From the NCBI RefSeq assembly GCF_006345805.1, contig NC_042997.1:59768001-59832000 (forward strand): a DNA stretch of 64,000 bases, given 5' to 3'. A model generated the notes under the pieces. The model ran no database searches. It saw only the letters and a program-made list of their open reading frames with translations, and was not told where the DNA came from. Below, piece by piece: positions 37,781 to 51,273 of the stretch. The position numbers were made by a program, and so were the translations under genes. This DNA comes from Octopus sinensis. Taxonomy: Eukaryota. The first letter of the stretch is position 1. Every line of letters begins with the position of its first letter.

Positions 37781-39834
37781 CTTGACACGACCAGCAATAT
37801 TTTTAACTAATGTTTATTCCGGAATTAAAACATAACTCATTCATATAATTGTTCTTTTAACGCAGAATAAATCGTTAGAGCGTCAGATAAAATATCATTA
37901 AGTATTTCTGTTGGTAGAAGATAAAGGACGTGTATACCACTCATTTCTTCAAAAGTTTTATTTTCGAATTTCTATGTTTTCGATATAGGAAAATACGATA
38001 TTGCCCCAAAATCATGTTTTTGAAATGTTAATTTCCCTCACCTCACTCCAATTTATTAATTTTTAACTGTCGAATTTCGTTTTTTAAAACACGTAGAAGA
38101 ATACAGAGATTACGAATCTGGGAATTGTTTTTTAATTTAAATTTTTCTGAGAGAAACACTCGATGCCCCTTTCTCCACCTATCACCTCCCCGCTTTCAAA
38201 AAACTAAAAACTCATTCATCTGATGTTTCACGCATGCTTAGAATTCTACTGAAATAGCAGACGTAAAAAATATCAGACCACCATCAGAAAACCAGGCATG
38301 CTAGGAAACAACAGCTAAACGACATTACTGCTGGAAAAATCTCCCCGCTTTCTAAAAAGCTGAAAGTGAAACATTCAGAGGCCCAGAGATGGGTGGAGGC
38401 TGGGGAAGAAGATTTGAGTGCTTTTTTTTAAAGAAAAATTTACAAAAAATCTTTTAAAGATTCGTAATCTCTAATTGGTGCGCACATATTTGTAGTCATC
38501 GCGCAAAATAAACATTTATGAAAATGCACACGTAAATAAGTTGTTTACAGACCATGTTTGTATAAAATTAAATTAAATCCAGGTTTAGTCACAGATCGAT
38601 CAAGTTAAACTTTTAATAGTTTTGTGACAACATAGTGTTTCGATACATTCTAATGAAAAGGTAAAAGAAAGATAAAGTCACTCTCTCTTTGGAAGAGAAA
38701 TTAATTTTTGATGTTCCCAAACCCCTCATAACATATTTATTTTTAAGAATTTTTCACAAAATGTTTTCGATTCTGTCTTCTGTATAATGGAATTAATACG
38801 ATTATCAATAAAAAATAAATGAATTTTGAATATTTCTTCTACTCTCTTAATTCCAAAACTTACTATTGTTTTTCGATTTTTTTTAATTCTTGGATTTCAC
38901 AATGGAATTAATACGATTATCCAATAATTAAAAAATATATATTTAACTTCACGCCCCTAATTCCAAAGCTTTTCACTATTGAGTCTTGCGTGTTTGTGTA
39001 AGAGAAAAACATTCACTAACAAAAAATTGTTATTAAAATAATAACTACCGCTTCCAGTGTTTCAGGTTTTCGATGAGAAACAAGTTGCATGTAACCCTTC
39101 TTTCTCGTTTTCCATGAGACCCTTCTTTGCCGGGAAAATTGGAAGAATGACATAATACTCCCTCTCTTTATTTCTAACAAAACAGACCCTTGCTTTTTTT
39201 AGAAATGAGAGTGACCCCCAACGAGAAGATCACTATCAAATTGAAATTTGGATTGTACATTTCATGGGCAAGTTTTCGAGTTTTAATACTTTATCTGCAA
39301 TAATTTAAAGGTATGTTATAGATAGTTTCTTTTCATAACATACTTCTCAGTTAGTAAACGTTTTTCTCGCAACAATTTAAAGGTGTTAGAGATAATCTAC
39401 TTTAATAACGTAATTTTCTGTTAGTGAATTATTTTCTCTTACACAAACACGCAACAATTTTGATTTCGATGTATTTAAAAAATTATTTGGAAATTATAGA
39501 GAAACGAATAGCAGAATCGGACTGTCTGTATTAAAAAAAAATCGGAAACAGTGGGGAGTTTTAGAGTTAGGGGTGTAGGGGAGGAATATTTAAAAAGATT
39601 TATTGGATAATTTGCGCCCCTGCCTTTTTTCCCCCAAATTTCTTCGGATTTCTTTTTTCGATATAGATTAGGATTCCCCCCCCCCCAAAAAAAATACGTT
39701 TTGAAAATTCTAATTTTCCTCTCCTCGCTCCAATTTTTAACTTTTTCGATTTGTTTTTTGTAATCCTCGTACAAAAATTCAGAGATTACGAATCTAAGAA
39801 TTTTAAAAGATTTTTCTTAAAGAAACACTCATAA

Positions 39835-41075
39835 CTGGGAAGATAGTTTTTGTATTTGGCAGATGCTCAGGAGCAATAAACACTGAAAATGCACAGAGAA
39901 CAACTTCCGCCACATTCCAGGGAGAAAAAACTAGAAGTAGTTGATAGCTTCCGTTACCTAGGTGACCAAGTCAGTAGCGGAGGAGGGCGCACTGAAAGTG
40001 TAGGTGCTAGAATAAGAATAGCTTGGGCAAAGTTCAGAGAGCTCTTAACTCTGCTGTTGACAAAGGGCCTCTCGCTCAGAGTAAAATGTAGACTGTATGA
40101 TGCATGTGTACGAACAGCCTTGCTACATGGCACTGAAACATGGGCTGTGACTGCTGAGGACATGCGTAAGCTCACAAGGAATGAAGCCAGTATGATCCGA
40201 TGGATGTGTAATGTCAGTGTGCATATTCAACAGAATGTAACTACCTTGAGAGAAAAGTTGGACCTAAGAAGCATCAGATGTGGTGTGCAAGAGAGACGAC
40301 TGAGCTGGTATGGTCATGTGGCGAGAATGGATGAGGATAGCTATGTGAAAAAGTGCCACACCCTAGCGGTTGAGGGAACCTGTGGAAGAGGTAGAGCCAA
40401 GAAGACCTGGGATGAAGTGGTGAAGCACGACCTTAGGCCTCACCAAAGAAATGACTCATGACCGAGACCTTTGGAAATATGCTGTGCTTGAGAAGACCTG
40501 GCAAGCCAAATGAGACCATTACCTCGTGCCCTATGCCAGAGGCGTAACCAGCCCACTTATGCGTACCTTTTCTTTCTTTGGGCACTAAACTCTGCTTGCG
40601 AGGACCTGTTGAGGCAAGTGAAATCAAAATCAAATTCGATGACTGGCATCCATGCTAGCGGGGTGCAAAGAGCACCATATGAGTTTGATCGTCGACAGAG
40701 CGGCTAACCGGCTTCCATGCCAGTGGCACATAAATGGCACCATTCGAGTGTGATCATTACCAGCGTTGCCTTACTGGCACTTGAGCCTTGTGCTAGTAGG
40801 CTAGCATCGCCTTACTGGCACTTGTGCTGGTGGCATGTGTAAAAAGATTCAAGTGAGGTCATTGCCAGTACCGCCTGACTAGCCCCCGTGCTGGTGGCAC
40901 GTAAAAGCACCCACTACACTCTCGGAGTGGTTGGCGTTAAGAAGGGCATCCAGCTGTAGAAACTCTGCCAGATCAAGATTGAAGCCTGGTGCAGCCATCT
41001 GGTTCACCAGCCCTCAGTCAAATCGTCCAACCCATGCTAGCATGGAAAGCGGACACTAAACGATGATGATGATGT
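39835..41075 (+). mobile_element. RTE-clade LINE 3' part with GAT-repeat tail
   Basis: ORF 39889-40461 LEVVDSFRYLG..AWAKFREL..LLHGTETW..RLSWYGHVARM..RGRAKKTW. Ends CCAACCCATGCTAGCATGGAAAGCGGAC..GATGATGATG. The 3' segment may include a separate SINE-like unit. Confidence 0.85.
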
Positions 41076-41327
41076 ATATGTTTTGTGTGTGTATTTATAA
41101 GTGAATGTTTCGTTTATGTTTGTATGTATGTTTATTTCTGTAAGTGAATACTTTTTTTTATTATAAACAGATATATTTTTTAATTAAATTTATTTTACCA
41201 TTAATTAATTTACTCTGGGTGTACATGCTTTTTCCCTTCCAACTAAATTTAATTTTGATTTAAGGTTTTCTTTGATTTTACATAATATGATTTTTAAATC
41301 ATAATAATATAATGAACCAAAAATAAG

Positions 41328-41405
41328 TAGCTAAAAGTAAAGAGCCACAATGTGGATAGCTAAAAGTAAAAAAACACAATGTGGGTAGCTAAAGGTAAAG
41401 AGCAA
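41328..41405. repeat. ~29-bp tandem repeat, nearly three units
   Basis: TAGCTAAAAGTAAAGAGCCACAATGTGG recurs. Confidence 0.85.
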
Positions 41406-42658
41406 TCTTGCTACAACATCTTTTACTTGTGGATGTTTGGTCAAAATATTTTTGTTTCTGCTGGGCTTTAGTGAAGTAGATGTCAGAACCTCAGAGCACA
41501 AAACACACTGTGGTTTCCTTCTCCACCAGACTTTATCACAGTAAAACCGAATTTCAAATAAGATTCGTCATATTTCATTTTCTTTATTGGAGACATTATA
41601 AAAAAAGATAAAATTCAGTAAACTGATTTAATATAACTACATTGTATATCTATTTCGAATTTATCATATACTACAGGTGAGCATATATGCCTTAGTGTAG
41701 CCAGATTTTGGATGTACTAATTAGCATTAAAGCTTACTTCTCACTATTAATTGTGGAAGAAGACCAAAGTGTATGTGAGCGTTTTTTCGTCTGTAGGTAA
41801 ACCTTTGTGAATTGATAACCATTGAGAAGACAGTTCTGTTGAAACACATTGCCATGCAAAACAACCATGCCTTAAAAAGCCCAACCACCATGTGGGATGA
41901 GAATGTGTGTCTGGCAAAGGGCAAGGTCATGTGGGAACATGCACTGATGAGGATAACGACTCTGAGAGACCTGCAAATGTGTGGATTGCAATAGTGGAGT
42001 GGTGAATCATGTGAATGTAGAATACTGATAGCACATTCATGATCAACTGTTTATCTTGTATATTTTCCATCGGCCAACCACACTTGTTGTACAACAAGTG
42101 TTATTAGAAAATGAGTGGGTAGGATTGGCATGAGTTTTTGAGGTCAGTGACAAAAAAAGATAATGGCATGCGAAAAATTGAAAATCTTGAAATTTCTAAA
42201 TGTAACTGTCTCTAGCTATCAGTTTTCATGATACTTCAGCATCCCTTCACGGTCCCCCTAAAATCACTTCACAGACCCCAGTTTGAGAACCACTGTTATA
42301 GAGGATGGACGTGGAATGCTGATGTTCATATGCTTCTTGAGAATGGATACATGTTATGGTAATTTTGAGAAAAATTTTGGAATAGCCAAAATGTTAGAGA
42401 AAAATATTCTTGCATTCCATATAATAATTAAATTATGTTGATGTGCAAGGGTTTGGGAACAGGGGATGCAGGGGGTGCACTTGCACCCACTAAAATTTTT
42501 TAGGGTGCAAAATTCAATGTTGGATCCCCTTCTTATTTTTCTTAGACTTAGAAAATAAGAACAAGGAACTAAAATAAATAAAAAGAACCCCCGCCCCCCA
42601 GAATCCCTTGAAAGATATATTACTAAACTAAAGCATCCTCAACATTAAAAAATTAAAT

Positions 42659-42711
<53 letters not shown>

Positions 42712-42719
42712 CAACAACA

Positions 42720-43830
42720 ACCATGGCCACTTCTCAATACTGGCACAAACACCACAGTCAAGAGGCCTTCACAATTCACCTATCAACTTCCTCATTTTCT
42801 TGAAATACCACAAGTGTCTCATCATCATCATTGTCATCATGTTCTGCTGCTACTATCCTTACCGCAAGTAAACAATAGCAACAAGATCAGCACTGGAAGT
42901 CACTCTTCAATACTAGAACAATTAATGATCTATTAAACAGCACAGTCAGGTCCCCCCCAATTTTTTTCAGAATATCGCAAGGGATCCATCATTACCAATG
43001 TCATCCTATTCAACTTCTACTACCATTACCACTACTACAACTCCAATTAGTGAAGAACTACTTCTTCCCCTCCACTGTCCATTCAATCTGAATATATACC
43101 TGATAACTCCATAATAAATCTGTCAACTGTAAATGAAGTAAAATTATGAATGCATGAAACCCCAAAATATGTGAGTGACTATATATAAGCAGTGACTGTA
43201 GCTTCACCCATTTACCTGGGACAAGATGCACATTTCATACAAGTAATACCAACCAACACCAAATCACACATCTTACAACACCACCACCTCTACTAAATGC
43301 TAAATCATACTTAATAACTTCTACACATGTAATCCGGAATCCTAAAATCTGTTGTTATTCCCAACATGAAAGATTATGTCTGATGTGTGGCTGTCCTTTC
43401 ACTCATCTTCCAAGATCTCAATGCACTGGCAAAAGTATGATACTAAAGCACCATCAAATCCAGAGTAGAAACATCTCTTACGGTGACAGTGTTGGTCCAG
43501 ACTTTCATTGAAATCCAGATATCTACTGGGTACAATAGTAAAATCACAGCTGCAAAACCATATAACTGTAACCATATACAACAGTGCAAGCATACCAACT
43601 CCAGATAACAACCCCTCCCAAAACAAGAAAGTTCTTTTTAAGCCATAATGAATCTGACAAAAGAATAAAAAAAACATCTAGCTCTCGCGCAGCACCAACC
43701 ATTGCTATTACCCCATTGCACAACTGCCCATTGCTAGTATTAACCCACAAACTCAACTCAATAATAATGCCAAATGTACAAGGTCTTCCACATTTCACAA
43801 ATTGAACAAAAGTGTCATATCTTAGAAACA
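42720..43830 (+). mobile_element. Highly degenerate Helitron Pif1-like helicase remnant
   Basis: Weak but ordered echoes of helicase motifs in shifting frames (SAATIL, FIQVIP, AITPLHN, LNSI..QGLPH). No intact ORF. Confidence 0.45.
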
Positions 43831-45246
43831 TAGCACACCGAGAGAGACCTTGTACAGCGAGAAAAGCCAATACATGAAACACTAAGTGAAACGCACCTGA
43901 CCACAAACATATTGGATGGGAAGTACATATGTCATGCGAAATGTGGTGAAAATGTTCGTTTTTGCACTCTATGTTAAAATTGACACTGAACTAAGAGCTG
44001 TAAACAAAATTACGTGCAATTTGCTTGTAAAGTAAGCTAAAAGTAACGGCTATCAAATGTCAAAAGGAAAAAAATCATAACATTGACAAAAGTCATTAGA
44101 AAAAAATTCGCAACTCTATCTATTTGCGATAAGCAAAATTACTTTCTTGCCAACCCAATATTTCTTGATTTAAGTAGAACAAAAAACAGAACTAATTACA
44201 GATTGAAAATCCAGAAGGCGAAGATTTGCTGGTGCCGCCCCATGTATATGCAAGAAGTATAATTCTTTGCAGTGAATGTGAATCATAATGTTTATATACA
44301 TTTGTAGCTTTCGCAAAGAATGTGTCGAATATGTTGTAAATGCACAGTTCTTTCTTTGAGATTATGTACGTGTGTGTTAATATGCATATCTTTTGCTGGT
44401 TTTGAAAATATAAACATGTATAACATTTGTGAAATTTAGCAGAGCATTTATTATAGAAAATAACTTGGTGTTAAATAGCGAATCATTGACTTCAACATTT
44501 TGTATACATATAATACAATTTTCGTATTTTCCTGTAAGTTTTGCATTTTTATTTTATATCCTCATACTCTCATTATCAACTTCCATCGAGTAATTTTTTT
44601 AATAATAACTCCATCATTATTCACAGTTTGGATATTTTAGTTTATATATAAAACCTTTCATTGTTAACCATTCTCGTAGGAAACACAAACATGATCATGA
44701 TCTGACTATTTCGAACGGAAATTTTTTTTATTTTCGCAGCCAGCTGAAAAGTAGATATTAAATACATGAACTCAAAATGTAAGGGAGAGAATCATCCAAG
44801 GGAAGTTACTCTTCCTGGTATATAAAATCAGGTTATCACGAATTTATTTCGTATCATCTAAAGAAATACTTTACAAATTCGAAGTAATTATCTCATCTGG
44901 GGTTAAAAAAAAAAGAAAAAGAGCATAAGAGCATTTGGCATTAGTCACGCTGTGAAGGGAAACGCACGTAAAGTTACGCCATCCATACAAAAGTGAGTGG
45001 GTCCCAAGTGAAAACATACACACACTCTCTCTCTCTAAACACACGACGATGGTTGCGATAACAACAGCAAGAACAGTAACAAACTCGCAGACGTGGCTGT
45101 GTGGTAAGAAGTTTGCTTCTCAATCACATGTTCCGGGTTCAGTACCACTACGTGGCACCTTAGGCGAGTGTTTTTTATTATGGCTTCGGACCGACAAAAG
45201 ACTTTTGGGTAGATTTGGTAGACAGAATATGAAAGAACCCTGATGT

Positions 45247-45247
<1 letters not shown>

Positions 45248-45323
<76 letters not shown>

Positions 45324-45833
45324 AGTCTACATGTGTGTGTGTGTGTGTGTTAGCGTTTGTCCTCTACCACTTCTTGACAACCGGTGTTGTTTTGTTTGCG
45401 TCCTCGTAATATAGTGGTTTGGCAAAAACGGCTGGTAGAATAAGTAACAAACTTAAAAAAAAAAGAAACTAAGTACTGGTGTCGATTTGTTCGACGAAAC
45501 TCTACAAGGTCCAATGACTGAAGCAAATAAATAAAATATAAAATATTTAATGGCATTAAAATCAAAACCACTGTCGATATAAGCAGAGTCATTAAGACAC
45601 CACAGAAGATATTTTGTGTTTTTTAACGGCAGCCCCTTTTCAAATTTCTAAAATATATACGTTTCAATGAAACATTTGCAGACGTAACAGCATCAGCATC
45701 AGCAATACTAATACTAACAATACTATAAAAACAATATCAGCATCAACAGACGAATTAATAGAATTAAAGATTTACCTCCCTTCGATTCTAACATTATTAA
45801 CAGTAGTAAGAAGAGTTATTTCCCTCTAATACT

Positions 45834-45891
<58 letters not shown>

Positions 45892-45900
45892 CATCTATCC

Positions 45901-45943
<43 letters not shown>
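45248..45943. repeat. Two (TATC)n microsatellites (~45248-45323 and ~45835-45943)
   Basis: Directly visible. Confidence 0.95.
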
Positions 45944-45945
<2 letters not shown>

Positions 45946-46639
45946 ACTGTTGGATTCGTCTGGTCAAAACGTCGGTTTTTTTTTAAAGCGAAAATAAGAT
46001 ACAAGTTTTAAACACAAAGTGAATTAATAAATCAATGATACAATTACCATTACGTTCCAGTATCTTCTACCATTTTGTGGGCAAATTCATTATGACCTGC
46101 CCATATAATTTCCTGTTTTGCTGGTGAAAAACTCTTCTGGGTGAATTTTCTCACCCTCTTCAGAGTTGAAGGTCTGTCAATTCAACGAATTTTGAAGAGA
46201 CCGAAACAGGTGAAAATCTGAAGGCGCAGGGCTGTTTGAATATGGAGGGGACGGTGATACATTCTAGCCATTTTGAACCAAAAAATTTCCCGATTGAAAT
46301 CCTGAAAGCCATTTCTGTCAAACAATCTCTGTTATAGCAACCTCTCTGTACACTGCACATATCCTCCTGCAGACCCCCGCCGCTTTCTTGGACTATTTTA
46401 AAATAAAGAGTATGATGCGTTGATAATGTTCGCTTTGGTTCTCAATTTTGAAAGTGATCCTAAGCATACAAAATACAACCTATCTCCTTGAAAGTTCGCC
46501 TCGAGCTATGTTAAAGAGTTAAGTATCTAATGAGTGCACATGCATAAGGAACAGACTGAAGTTGGCTACTTATTAGAGTGCTTAAGGTTTAGTGTCGACA
46601 AAAGAACGGACTTGTTGGCTAACCTAATATTTATCTATC

Positions 46640-46747
<108 letters not shown>

Positions 46748-46959
46748 TCCGGTAAAACACTCTGTGTTGTACGAATTTGGTTAACTATACCCACCAATTA
46801 AATACCAATAAATGCAAGTAGAATGAATATCCAAGGCAATTCGTCATGTATAACAAGTAAATCCAAATATCGCTTAGAAGAATTATTTTTGATACATCCA
46901 CCCACACACACGCACGCACACATATACATGTATGTGTAGTTGGAATTTACAAAGAAACA

Positions 46960-48492
46960 AACTAAACAAAAGACGAAGATGGGTGTGTAAACAACAAACA
47001 GATGTATTAGTTTAACACTCGGGAAGTGAGAAAGTCTTTTACGTTTCGAGCCAACGCTCTTCAACAGAATGGAACACAGAAATAAACAGAGAGAGAAAAA
47101 AAAAAGGTTTAGTGGCTAGTGATCAATCATAGCGAATACCGGACAGAGGTGGTCAGACGGGAGGGCTAGGAAGAAGGGAAGACAATAAAGTAATGGTGAT
47201 CCCAAAACGAAGGTGTGCGTGCGTGTGAATGTGAGAGCGTGTATGTGCGTGTTGATAGGGGCTGGTGACCTTGATGTGTGCGTGTGTGCATGCGTAGGTG
47301 TGTGGATGATGGTGTGGGTGCTGGAATGTGGTCAGTCCTAGTGTGTGATGTGGTGTGGTGTAGTATGATGGTGTGCGGTGCGCTGGTGTGTGGTGTGCTG
47401 TGGTGGTGTGTAGTGTGGTGTGGCGTAATGTGTTGTGGTGGTGTGTGGTGGCCCCTGTGCGAAGACACTCCGAACACAGACAGGTGTTGTAAAGAATGAC
47501 CGGTAGAACGGAAATGGCGCGAAACCGGGGTGTCGTTGCCGAGTCTGACGTCTCGGAGGTGTTCCGCGAACCAGTCAGCCAAGCGGAGTCCTGTTTGACC
47601 GCTGTACAGAGAAGGACAGAGAGAGCAGGAGATGCAGTAGATGACGTTGCTGGAAGTGCAGGTGAAGGAGTCAGTCATAAGATAGGGTCGATGATGGGTG
47701 CCTGTGAGGATAGTGGTGTTGGAGAGGTAAGGACAAGTGTGACAGCGTGGGCGGGAGCAGGGGAACGAGCCAGGTTGGGAGGCTGGGTTAAGGGAGAAAC
47801 TGTGGACCAGGTAATCACGTATGTTGTGAGGAGGGGTCGGTTAGGGAAGATGTGCGAAATGGAGGAGTCGAACTGGAGTCACCGGAAGGCTCGGAGAATG
47901 GTGCGTTGGTGGGGTAGGGTGGAGGGGTGGTAGATGAGGGGAAACGGGAGACGAGTGACAGCGAGGCGAGTGCAGGGTGGGGGAGCAGATGCACGGTCCA
48001 TGGAACGTGCTTTGGCAAGGGTGGTGTGGATAGTAGTGAGGGGATATCCACGTAGGATGAAATGGCGAGCCATGAGTTGAGACTGAGTCTCACAGTCATG
48101 GTTGTCACTGCAGAGCCTGCGCAGACGGAGGAATTGAAAATAGGCTGGTGTGTTTAGGGTGGGAGAAGAAGTTGAAGTATGAGTGTAAGTTTTGTGTTTT
48201 TAGTGGATGGAGGTGGTAAGTGTGGAGTGATGAATGCTGACCGAAATGTCGAGAAAGGCGACGGAAGTGTTGGAAATAGTGCGGGAGAAGTGGAGGGCAG
48301 GACGGAAAGATTTGACAAAAGAGAGGAAGGAGTTTAGTTGTTCGCAGGAGAGTGAGGTCGCACCAATACAGTCGTCAATATAACGACCGTATAGTTCGGG
48401 AGTGGGACCAGTGAAACTTGAGAATATTTGGGCCTCAACATAGCTAACGAACAGGTTTGAATAGTTGGGGCCCATTCTCGTTCTTATGGCCT
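46960..48492 (-). mobile_element. Penelope-like element (RT C-terminus, GIY-YIG endonuclease, 3' pLTR), 5'-truncated
   Basis: MGPNYSNLFV..YGRYIDDCIG..VAFLDI (PLE RT); FTCTSSNVIYCISCSLCPSLYSGQTGLRLADWFAEH (GIY-YIG); hammerhead-like motif at ~47030-47070. Confidence 0.92.
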
Positions 48493-48507
48493 TATATGTT
48501 CATACAT

Positions 48508-48543
<36 letters not shown>

Positions 48544-48683
48544 CCACGTTGATGTTGGCCTCCTACAGTTCAAAGGTTATGTTTATTGTTTTAAACAATG
48601 TCTTCCGTGGTGATTCTTTTTCGCTGGCCATACTTCTCTTGCCAATTCTTTTGTTTCTCTTACTGTTAGTATTGTTACTAGAA

Positions 48684-49098
48684 GGCGGCGAGCTGGCAGA
48701 AACGTTAGCACGCCGGGCGAAATGCTTAGCGGTATTTCGTCTGCGTTACGTTGTGAGTTCAAATTCCGCCGAGGTCGACTTTGCCTTTCATCCTTTCGGC
48801 GTCGATAAATTAAGTACCAGTTACGCACTGGGGTCGATGTAATCGACTTAATACCTATGTCTGTCCTTGTTTGTCCCCTCTGTGTTTAGCCCCTTGTGGG
48901 TAATAAAGAAATAGGTATTTCATCCGCCGCTGCGTTCTGAGTTCAAATACCGCCGAGGTCGACTTTGCCTTTCATCCTTTCGGGGCCGATAAATTAAGTA
49001 CCAGTTACACACTGGAGTCGATGTAATCGACTTACTCCAACTGTCTGTCCTTGTTTGTCTCCTCTGTGTTTAGCCTCTTGTGGGTAGTAAAGAAATAA
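48684..49098 (+). mobile_element. tRNA-derived SINE, family C, dimeric body
   Basis: Head GGCGGCGAGCTGGCAGAA, B box GAGTTCAAATTCC, core GGTCGACTTTGCCTTTCATCCTTTCGG..AGTACCAG present twice, TSD AGTATTG(T/G)TACTAGA. Confidence 0.9.
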
Positions 49099-49396
49099 GT
49101 ATTGGTACTAGATTAATTCATTTTTCAGATTTACTCAGTCCTTAATAAAAGCATTTTGGAGTCAAAATACTTGTTTTGTTCAAATTTCATTATCGTCTTT
49201 TCTAACGACGGATACTTTGCCATTTTGTGTGGATCGCTTATTTCAAGCCTTCTATAATTTCGGATTTATTTTTATGTTATATTTTTACTCTCTTTCTTTT
49301 TTGCACTCTTTTTTAATTCCAGTATTGTCTTTTGGGTATTAATTTCATCAAGGATTAATGGATTTTTGAAATTCTATTTTCTGTCTTTTGCTATGT

Positions 49397-49765
49397 GGAA
49401 GTGCAATGGCCCAGTGGTTAGGGCAGCGGAGTCGCAGTCATAGGATCGCGGTTCCGATTCCCAGACCGGGCGTTGTGAGTGTTTATTGAGCGAAAACACT
49501 TAAAGCTCCACGAAGCTCCTGTGTGGTGAACCATGCTGTGCTCTTTCACCACAACTTTCTCTCACTCTTTCTTCCCGTTTCTGTTGTACATGTATTTCAA
49601 AGGGCCTGCTTGTCACACTCTGTGTCACGCTGAATCTCCCCGAGAGATACGTTAAGAGCACACGTGTCTGTGGAATGCTCAGCCACTTGCACGTTAATTT
49701 CATGAGCAGGCTGTTCCGCTCATTGGATCAACTGGAACCCTCGTCATCGTAACCGACGGAATGCT
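49397..49765 (+). mobile_element. tRNA-derived SINE with a family A-related head and a distinct body
   Basis: TGGCCCAGTGGTTAGGGCA..GGTTCCGATTCCC head; TGCTAT on both sides. Confidence 0.75.
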
Positions 49766-49943
49766 ATATATTCATTTAAAATGTTGTTTAGGTTTTGATG
49801 TTCCCAACTACTGTTCTTTGCTACAGTATATATTATTTCGTTTACCTGTTGTTACTTAAAATTCTTGACTGTTTTTATTAAGTGTGGCTCGGATTTTGCC
49901 TTTTTATTGTTGTTACTAATTCAAATTTTATTCCTTGAAGTTA

Positions 49944-51273
49944 CGAGGGTAACTCTGTAATGTGACCAAATAAGGTTTATTTTTCAACATAGGCGCAGGA
50001 GTGGCTGTGTGGTAAGTAGCTTGCTTACCAACCACATGGTTCTGGGTTCATTCCCACTGCGCGGCACCTTGGGCAAGTGTCTTCTACTATAGCCTCGGGT
50101 CGACCAAAGCCTTGTGAGTGGATTTGGTTGACGGAAACTGAAAGAAACCCGTAGTATATATGTATATATGTATGTGTGTGTATATGTTTGTGTGTCTGTG
50201 TTTGTCCCCCCAACATCGCTTGACAACCGGCAAAAGAGACCGATAGAATAAGTTCTAGGCTTCCAAAGAATAAGTCCTGGTGTCGATTTGCACGACTAAA
50301 GGCGGTGCTCCAGCATGGCCGCAGTCAAATGATTGAAACAAGTAAAAGAGTAAAAGAGAGATAGCCTCCCTTGCGGTCCACACATTTCTCCTGTGGGTGT
50401 TGCAGTGCTTGAACCCATTGGTGAAGAAGCTTTCATTCTGTTGGTCAAAAATGTCATCAACAGTAGATATGTCGTCATCATCACTGCAATACTGGTCCCC
50501 AGTCAAGTGCTTATTCATGTTGGGAAACAGATGACAGTCAGATGAGGCCAAACTCGGAGAATAGGGAGGCTGGTCAACCAGTCATGCACAGCAGCCATTG
50601 GCAACAAGGACTTGCATGCTGGATCATTGTCCTGATGCAACAAGACCCCTTTTGTCAGTTTTCCTGGCCGTTTGGTCTTGATAAACTTTCGTAACTACCT
50701 CTGCTAGATGGGATAGTATGCTGATGGTGTGACCTTTTTGCAGATAGTCAAGAAACACAATGCCTTTTGCATCCTCCAAAACTGAGGCCATCACCTTCCC
50801 TGCAGATGAAACGATCTAGGCCTTCTTTGGAGCTGGTGAAGAGGAGTGGTTCCACTGCATGGATTGTTCTACTACATGGATCAATGTTTTCCTCGCTGGT
50901 GACAGTTGCAGTACTTACAGACTTTGGGTAATTTTCAAGACCCTCCCTTTCCCTTCTAAATTCAGCTGCTCGCTTTTGCATTGCTGCTAAAGCCGGAGTG
51001 TCAAACCGTAATGCAACAGCCATGTCAGCATTAATGCCCTTGGGGCTAAACCCTTTTTCTGCAGGTACTTGATAACACACCACGGTGTCAAATTTTGCCC
51101 ATTTTCAAGAGAAGTCGTCACAAGTTACTTTCAAAATTTTTTGAACAGTCAGATGTGAGCTTGCCTGAAAAAAAATGCAGTTATTAATAAGAAGAGTTGA
51201 GATTAATGCAAAATTTCACAGCTCTAGCAGCACTCCTTCATAGCCAGCCTATGACCTTCTCAGCTCACCCTCG
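49944..51273 (-). mobile_element. Degenerate mariner element with a nested SINE
   Basis: TA-CGAGGGT ... ACCCTCG-TA ends. Minus-strand pieces LHQDN and PYSPSLASSDCHLFPNM, plus an N-terminal HTH-like ORF at 50748-51083. SINE at 49992-50360 lies inside. Confidence 0.8.
49992..50360 (+). mobile_element. tRNA-derived SINE, family B
   Basis: Complete head GGCGCAGGAGTGGCTGTGTGG through tail GTAAAAGAGTAAAAGAG. Confidence 0.9.

Noticed and set aside
41700-42000. Minus-strand Helitron helicase C-terminal fragment
   Set aside because: Only vague motif echoes; too degenerate to support a call.
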